Source: Setoptus koraiensis (taxonomy: Eukaryota > Animalia > Arthropoda). From it: 64,000 nucleotides of DNA. Shown here in pieces: positions 59,495 to 64,000 of this stretch (its first letter is position 1; each line of letters opens with the position of its first letter). A model generated the notes under the pieces. That model was not told where the DNA came from, ran no database searches, and saw only the letters and a program-made list of their open reading frames with translations. Both the position numbers and the translations under genes were made by a program. Location: positions 22,940,001 through 23,004,000 of the forward strand of contig CM106586.1 of the NCBI GenBank assembly GCA_048013815.1. The letters are read 5' to 3'.

Positions 59495-59935
59495 AGCTAT
59501 TTTATTTCGAGGTGCTACAATAAACACTTTAAATTCTGTTCGATAATACTAACACAATATTAACTCAATAATCTGGGTGCTGTGATAATATTTTGTAGTT
59601 TTATATCATATTTCTACCTGGGATTAGTTATCATGCTGGGAGAACCTACAACTATGCATTAGTGTTAGTATATTATTGGTCTGAATGAGAAGCTTGGTAA
59701 ATGGTCCGTTGTGTAATACCAACACAAAGCGGACTAAATCTGTGCCTGTCACAAAGTCACAATTTTTCACTGCGCAAAACACATATGATCCGTGGTTGCT
59801 TTATATTTTGTCCAGACATTTTGGCACGAGCTGCTCTAAAATTTGAAAGAACGAGTGCGTCTCTAGATTCAAAGTCCTTGTTATGGTCAGCATTTCTAAA
59901 GATATCACCAAAATATAACTTTTTTATCTGTAACA

Positions 59936-61204
59936 ATGCTCAAACGAATTATAAATGGTTATAATCCTCCACTAAGAGTCCACAGAATCATTCATTTGTT
60001 ATTTATTGTGTTTATATTCGTTTTGGGATATTACCTTGGTCATCGTGGATCAAACAATCATGACAGCGAGCTGACAATGGACTTGAGGAGCAAGAAAAGG
60101 GACTGCAAGTTGACATACATCAAGGGATGCAAAACTTCTAGGATGGATCAATCTTACGACCCGTGTTATATACAAAATGACAACCATCCTTCCAGTAATA
60201 CTGACAGTACATCTCAAGGAAGTGAGTTACCCAATCTAATTATCAGCTCTACCTCAGTTGTCTCAAAGGATATTGACAACAGAATTTTTGATCTTATTAT
60301 AGTCATACCTAGTGCTGTTAATAACTCAAAGAGAAGGAAGGCAATCAGAGAAACATGGCTTAAATTGCACGAGCCCAAAAATAGTGAGATATCTATGAAA
60401 CACTTTTTTATAATTGGAACTGAGGACGTGGAAATGCATCTGCAAGATGAATTATTGAATGAGCAAAGAGAATTCAAAGACTTAATGATATTATCTACTT
60501 GTGGTAACGATTTCTCCCAATTGACCAAAAAATTACTTACCAGTTATTATTGGCTAGCGAAGACTACAAGTTTTCACTATCTACTGAAAGTCGACGATGA
60601 CTCATTCGCAAGGCTAGATCTGTTGAGTCAGGAACTAAAGAGTATTATGACTAGTTACAATGATTCTACAGATCAAATTTACATCAATAATGAACGATCT
60701 AACACACCGAGCTTCCAACAGCATCGTCCAGATGAAAGTAATCAAAAGATGCTGTATTGGGGATATTTTGATGGCCGCGCACCAGTGTTCAAGACAGGTA
60801 AATGGGGTGAGAAAAAATGGTTCTTATGCAACAACTATTTGCCTTACGCGCTAGGAGGTGGCTACGTTGTATCTTCTGAAATAGTTAACATACTCGCTAG
60901 TTTGAGTCCCTATCTTCAGCTTTATCTCAATGAGGATGTGTCGATGGGAGTTTGGCTAGCCCCATTCGCAAACATATACCACAAGCATGATCGACGCTTC
61001 GACACTGAGGCCACTCCACGGGGATGCTCGAATCGACATCTCATCTCTCATCATTTGACTGTTGATGAAATCTACTCTAGATATAGCAATTTAATCGAGA
61101 GGAACTATTACTGCAGCTCTCAACATCAGTCACGTTTCTCCTACGAGTATAACTGGAACGCTCTACCATCTGATTGTTGCAGGCGAGGCTTCAGAGACTA
61201 CTGA
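59936..61204 (+). CDS. B3GALT6: Beta-1,3-galactosyltransferase 6 (GAG linker), type II membrane protein
   Basis: N-terminal TM; 'RRKAIRETW', 'LLKVDDDSF', 'LYWGYFDGRA', 'YLPYALGGGYV', 'EDVSMGVWLA', 'RFDTE...RGC'. Confidence 0.92.
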   Translation: MLKRIINGYNPPLRVHRIIHLLFIVFIFVLGYYLGHRGSNNHDSELTMDLRSKKRDCKLTYIKGCKTSRMDQSYDPCYIQNDNHPSSNTDSTSQGSELPNLIISSTSVVSKDIDNRIFDLIIVIPSAVNNSKRRKAIRETWLKLHEPKNSEISMKHFFIIGTEDVEMHLQDELLNEQREFKDLMILSTCGNDFSQLTKKLLTSYYWLAKTTSFHYLLKVDDDSFARLDLLSQELKSIMTSYNDSTDQIYINNERSNTPSFQQHRPDESNQKMLYWGYFDGRAPVFKTGKWGEKKWFLCNNYLPYALGGGYVVSSEIVNILASLSPYLQLYLNEDVSMGVWLAPFANIYHKHDRRFDTEATPRGCSNRHLISHHLTVDEIYSRYSNLIERNYYCSSQHQSRFSYEYNWNALPSDCCRRGFRDY

Positions 61205-61438
61205 CGCAGCATACAATTCCAGCTATATTATCCATTAGTAGTATAGATCACATTAATTTCAATGATCTCCCTATGTCAACCTGATTCATGGTGCTAAAAT
61301 ACTTCTGAAACGCATCTTTATCCTAACTAACATCGATGTTATTCAGAAAACTCAAGGATCTCAGCAACATATTCAATCTCAAGTTATGTAAAAACGAATA
61401 GTTTCTATTTTTATTACTACTGCTCATTGTTATAAAAA

Positions 61439-64000
61439 CTATATTCCTGATTCTACAATTCCTTCATCATCATCCTCGTAACTTTGGTTTGTCTGCATTT
61501 CTTGTTGGCGAATAGGTTTTATAGATGCGAGTTCCTCCTTTCCTTCCAAAACCCACAAAAGGCATTGGTGGATGCATATGTACTGTTGTTCGTTTTGTAC
61601 CATGTGACATCTCTCTCGTCTCATCTCGCAAACTATACCGAAGATATCAACCTCGCTGCTATTCCTTATGCTTTGTAGTATTCTATCAAGAGCAATAAAT
61701 GTTCCAGATCTTCCTACTCCGGCAGAGCAATGTGCTATTATGGGGTGACTGCTACTTGGATGGCATTTTTCTCTGAACGCTCTAACGAATTGAACTAGAG
61801 TCGACGGAGGTTCCGGTACCCCGAAATCGGGCCAGGTGGTGAAATGGAAGTGCCGGATGACTCGTGATTGATCATCTCGACAAACTTTAAGTTCTGTGGT
61901 TGTCCAATCAGAGTATTGACATTCATTTAACATAGTCACTTGTATATCACCATAAATAACTGGTTGCGTGTCGTAAGGCCAATATCTGTCGCATTTCTCA
62001 CGACCCTTCTCAACGCATCGAGTGAGCATGACAATTGCTCTAGAATTCTGCTCCCAAAGCATGCGCCAGAAATCATCTCTTGTGCCGTATAAAGGACCCT
62101 GTGTTACGATAAATTCTCTTGGTGAATTGTATCCGGGGATGTAGTTCGCATTTATATAGTCTGAACCTTCTTCATCATCTGTTGGTAAGAGTTTTACTCT
62201 GGAATGATCATAAGGAACGATATTCGTAAATCTATTCTTCGGTCTATTAACAGGTAAATCGGCGACTTTGACAGTCCTATCTGTTCCTATCTTTTTGAAG
62301 AGTTCGAATTCTTCAGAAAAACGGAAGTCCGAATCTGCAGACATCATACGGAAGTGCGCGGCAAAATTCTTTAACTCAATTGGTCGCCTTGCGTGGAACT
62401 CTCTTATACCTATAGATATGTTATCATCCATGAAACCTCCGTTCTGACCATTGAGCGTTCCGTTACCATTAATATGACTTGAGCTGGACATAACCTTCCG
62501 ACTAGTTTTTTGTATTTTGGCGTATGGACCAAGCTTTAAATGTTTCATAAAGAGTATGGTTATCAAGAGTAAGGTGAGCAATGAAACCGGTAGTAATATT
62601 CCTACAAATATGGCAGTGTTATCGGAATCTGTTGTTATGACTGATGAGTATGCGGTATCTGTAAATTTGTCAGGGCTTGTAAAGGCTCGGATTTTAACTC
62701 TATAACTAGTGCTAGGTTTCAAAGGCCCGTTGCAATATTTTTCGTTGAGCTTTGAGTCGTAGCATTCTCCAGATCCTATAATAAAATCCTCAATAACTGA
62801 GTTGTTGAACGGGAGATAGGGTTCTACCGCCTGATAGGGAGGCCACACGGGAGCAGATTGAACCTCAAACCAAGAAGGTAGTTCCAATATGTTGTTAGTA
62901 GGCTTAGATACATCTTCAGCGACGATTATTGTGTAAGCTATGATTAGACCGTAAATGTTAGAAAAATAGTTCTTCCTAAATCTTGTTTTTATTGTAGTGC
63001 TAGTGTGACTAACTTCTGTTGGCACAATGCTATCTTCAGGCTGTGGAGGTGACCAGATAGGCATTGTTTCCTCCCATACTGCTTTATGGCCTGCCCCAAC
63101 TTTAGTATGTGCCTGAATGGTGTAAACATAAACCTTTCCTGGAACTAAATCATGTATAGTTCCATTCGTTTGGTAGGGTTCGAAATATTTGTGTTTCACA
63201 GCCGCATTACCGCTGCCTTTGTAGTGATAACTGATCTTATAACCAGTAAGGATTCCATTTTGATCCGATTGAGGTAGAGCCCATCTTAGAGTTATTTCAT
63301 TCGGTTTTAAATCAGTAGCATGGAAGCTTTTAACTTTTCCTGGTATAGATTCCAACGTTGAAAAGGTGTGTGATATTGGAGAACTTCGTAGAACCGTCGA
63401 AGATCCATATCCACTAAGAACAGTAACTATGAAAGTGTAGTTACTGTGAGGTCTAAGATTGGTGAAAGTGATACGCTCGGCGAAAGTTATATTTGATCTA
63501 AGATGCTTATCACGAGGATCTAAATATTGCACCTCGAAGGCATCGTTGTCACCTAGTGGGGTTTCCCACATCATTGTTATTTCAGTATCAGTGATTTGGC
63601 CTGGCGTGATAAATCTTACTGGCTCGGGGTGTAATCTAGCTTGCCTAGTTATTGGATTAGAGAACATTCCCCCAGACATAGTCCAGATAGATATGTTATA
63701 CAGCTTTCCTGGAGTTAGGTTATCAAAAAGAACTAGACGATTGGTGTCATTCTGCATCTTCTCTTGTATCGGTGCATTCGGTTCACTTATTTGAAACCTA
63801 TAACGATCGAACACAACTAGTTTCGATGGTGTCGGAGTATACTTGATACCTAGAGTCTTCGTTGCATGTTCGTCGCTTACAATATTGATTACAGAATTAA
63901 TCACTGGAAGAGTCCTTAATTGTAGTCCGATCCCTTCACTTCTTAAATTATGGCTTACAGTATAAAACATAAAAGAGTATAGTTCTCCTGGCTTGAGACC
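61439..64000 (-). CDS. Ptp10D: R3-type receptor tyrosine phosphatase (Ptp10D-like); 5' part outside window
   Basis: FN3 repeats, TM 'AIFVGILLPVSLLTLLLITILF', single PTP domain ('KNRFTNI', 'DYINAN', 'WPDFGVP', 'HCSAGVGRSG') and C-terminal 'DDEGIVESGI'. The frame is open up to 64000. Confidence 0.93.
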   Translation of the reverse strand, partial: GLKPGELYSFMFYTVSHNLRSEGIGLQLRTLPVINSVINIVSDEHATKTLGIKYTPTPSKLVVFDRYRFQISEPNAPIQEKMQNDTNRLVLFDNLTPGKLYNISIWTMSGGMFSNPITRQARLHPEPVRFITPGQITDTEITMMWETPLGDNDAFEVQYLDPRDKHLRSNITFAERITFTNLRPHSNYTFIVTVLSGYGSSTVLRSSPISHTFSTLESIPGKVKSFHATDLKPNEITLRWALPQSDQNGILTGYKISYHYKGSGNAAVKHKYFEPYQTNGTIHDLVPGKVYVYTIQAHTKVGAGHKAVWEETMPIWSPPQPEDSIVPTEVSHTSTTIKTRFRKNYFSNIYGLIIAYTIIVAEDVSKPTNNILELPSWFEVQSAPVWPPYQAVEPYLPFNNSVIEDFIIGSGECYDSKLNEKYCNGPLKPSTSYRVKIRAFTSPDKFTDTAYSSVITTDSDNTAIFVGILLPVSLLTLLLITILFMKHLKLGPYAKIQKTSRKVMSSSSHINGNGTLNGQNGGFMDDNISIGIREFHARRPIELKNFAAHFRMMSADSDFRFSEEFELFKKIGTDRTVKVADLPVNRPKNRFTNIVPYDHSRVKLLPTDDEEGSDYINANYIPGYNSPREFIVTQGPLYGTRDDFWRMLWEQNSRAIVMLTRCVEKGREKCDRYWPYDTQPVIYGDIQVTMLNECQYSDWTTTELKVCRDDQSRVIRHFHFTTWPDFGVPEPPSTLVQFVRAFREKCHPSSSHPIIAHCSAGVGRSGTFIALDRILQSIRNSSEVDIFGIVCEMRRERCHMVQNEQQYICIHQCLLWVLEGKEELASIKPIRQQEMQTNQSYEDDDEGIVESGI

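Overview
This is eukaryotic DNA from a compact, intron-poor arthropod genome. An acariform, possibly eriophyoid, mite is my inference from gene content, intron paucity and N/S/T-rich protein insertions. I found no prokaryotic features, CRISPR array or recognisable transposon. Genes in order: MPND-like JAMM protein (5'-truncated), Fip1, trypsin-family serine protease, tRNA-Lys(CTT), 6-exon Ajuba/LIMD1/WTIP LIM gene, 2-exon 68-aa secreted His/Lys-rich peptide, neuroguidin, orphan Pro/Tyr-rich ORF, large non-classical cadherin (two coding exons about 12.4 kb apart across a 500-N gap), Dp (TFDP), cytosolic aspartate aminotransferase, class II PI3K, degenerate caspase-like gene, TAF1C-like protein, V-ATPase subunit F, B3GALT6, and Ptp10D-like receptor phosphatase (5' end beyond the window). 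Best leads: (1) a caspase homologue that keeps the catalytic His-Gly but has no Cys at the QACxG position; (2) the spliced His/Lys/Trp-rich micropeptide that the ORF track mis-starts; (3) reconstruction of the cadherin across a giant intron that holds a GC-rich island with a pre-miRNA-like hairpin; (4) E2F+CHR (DREAM-type) elements upstream of Fip1, Ngdn and Dp itself. All family assignments come from motif recognition by eye; no database search was run.
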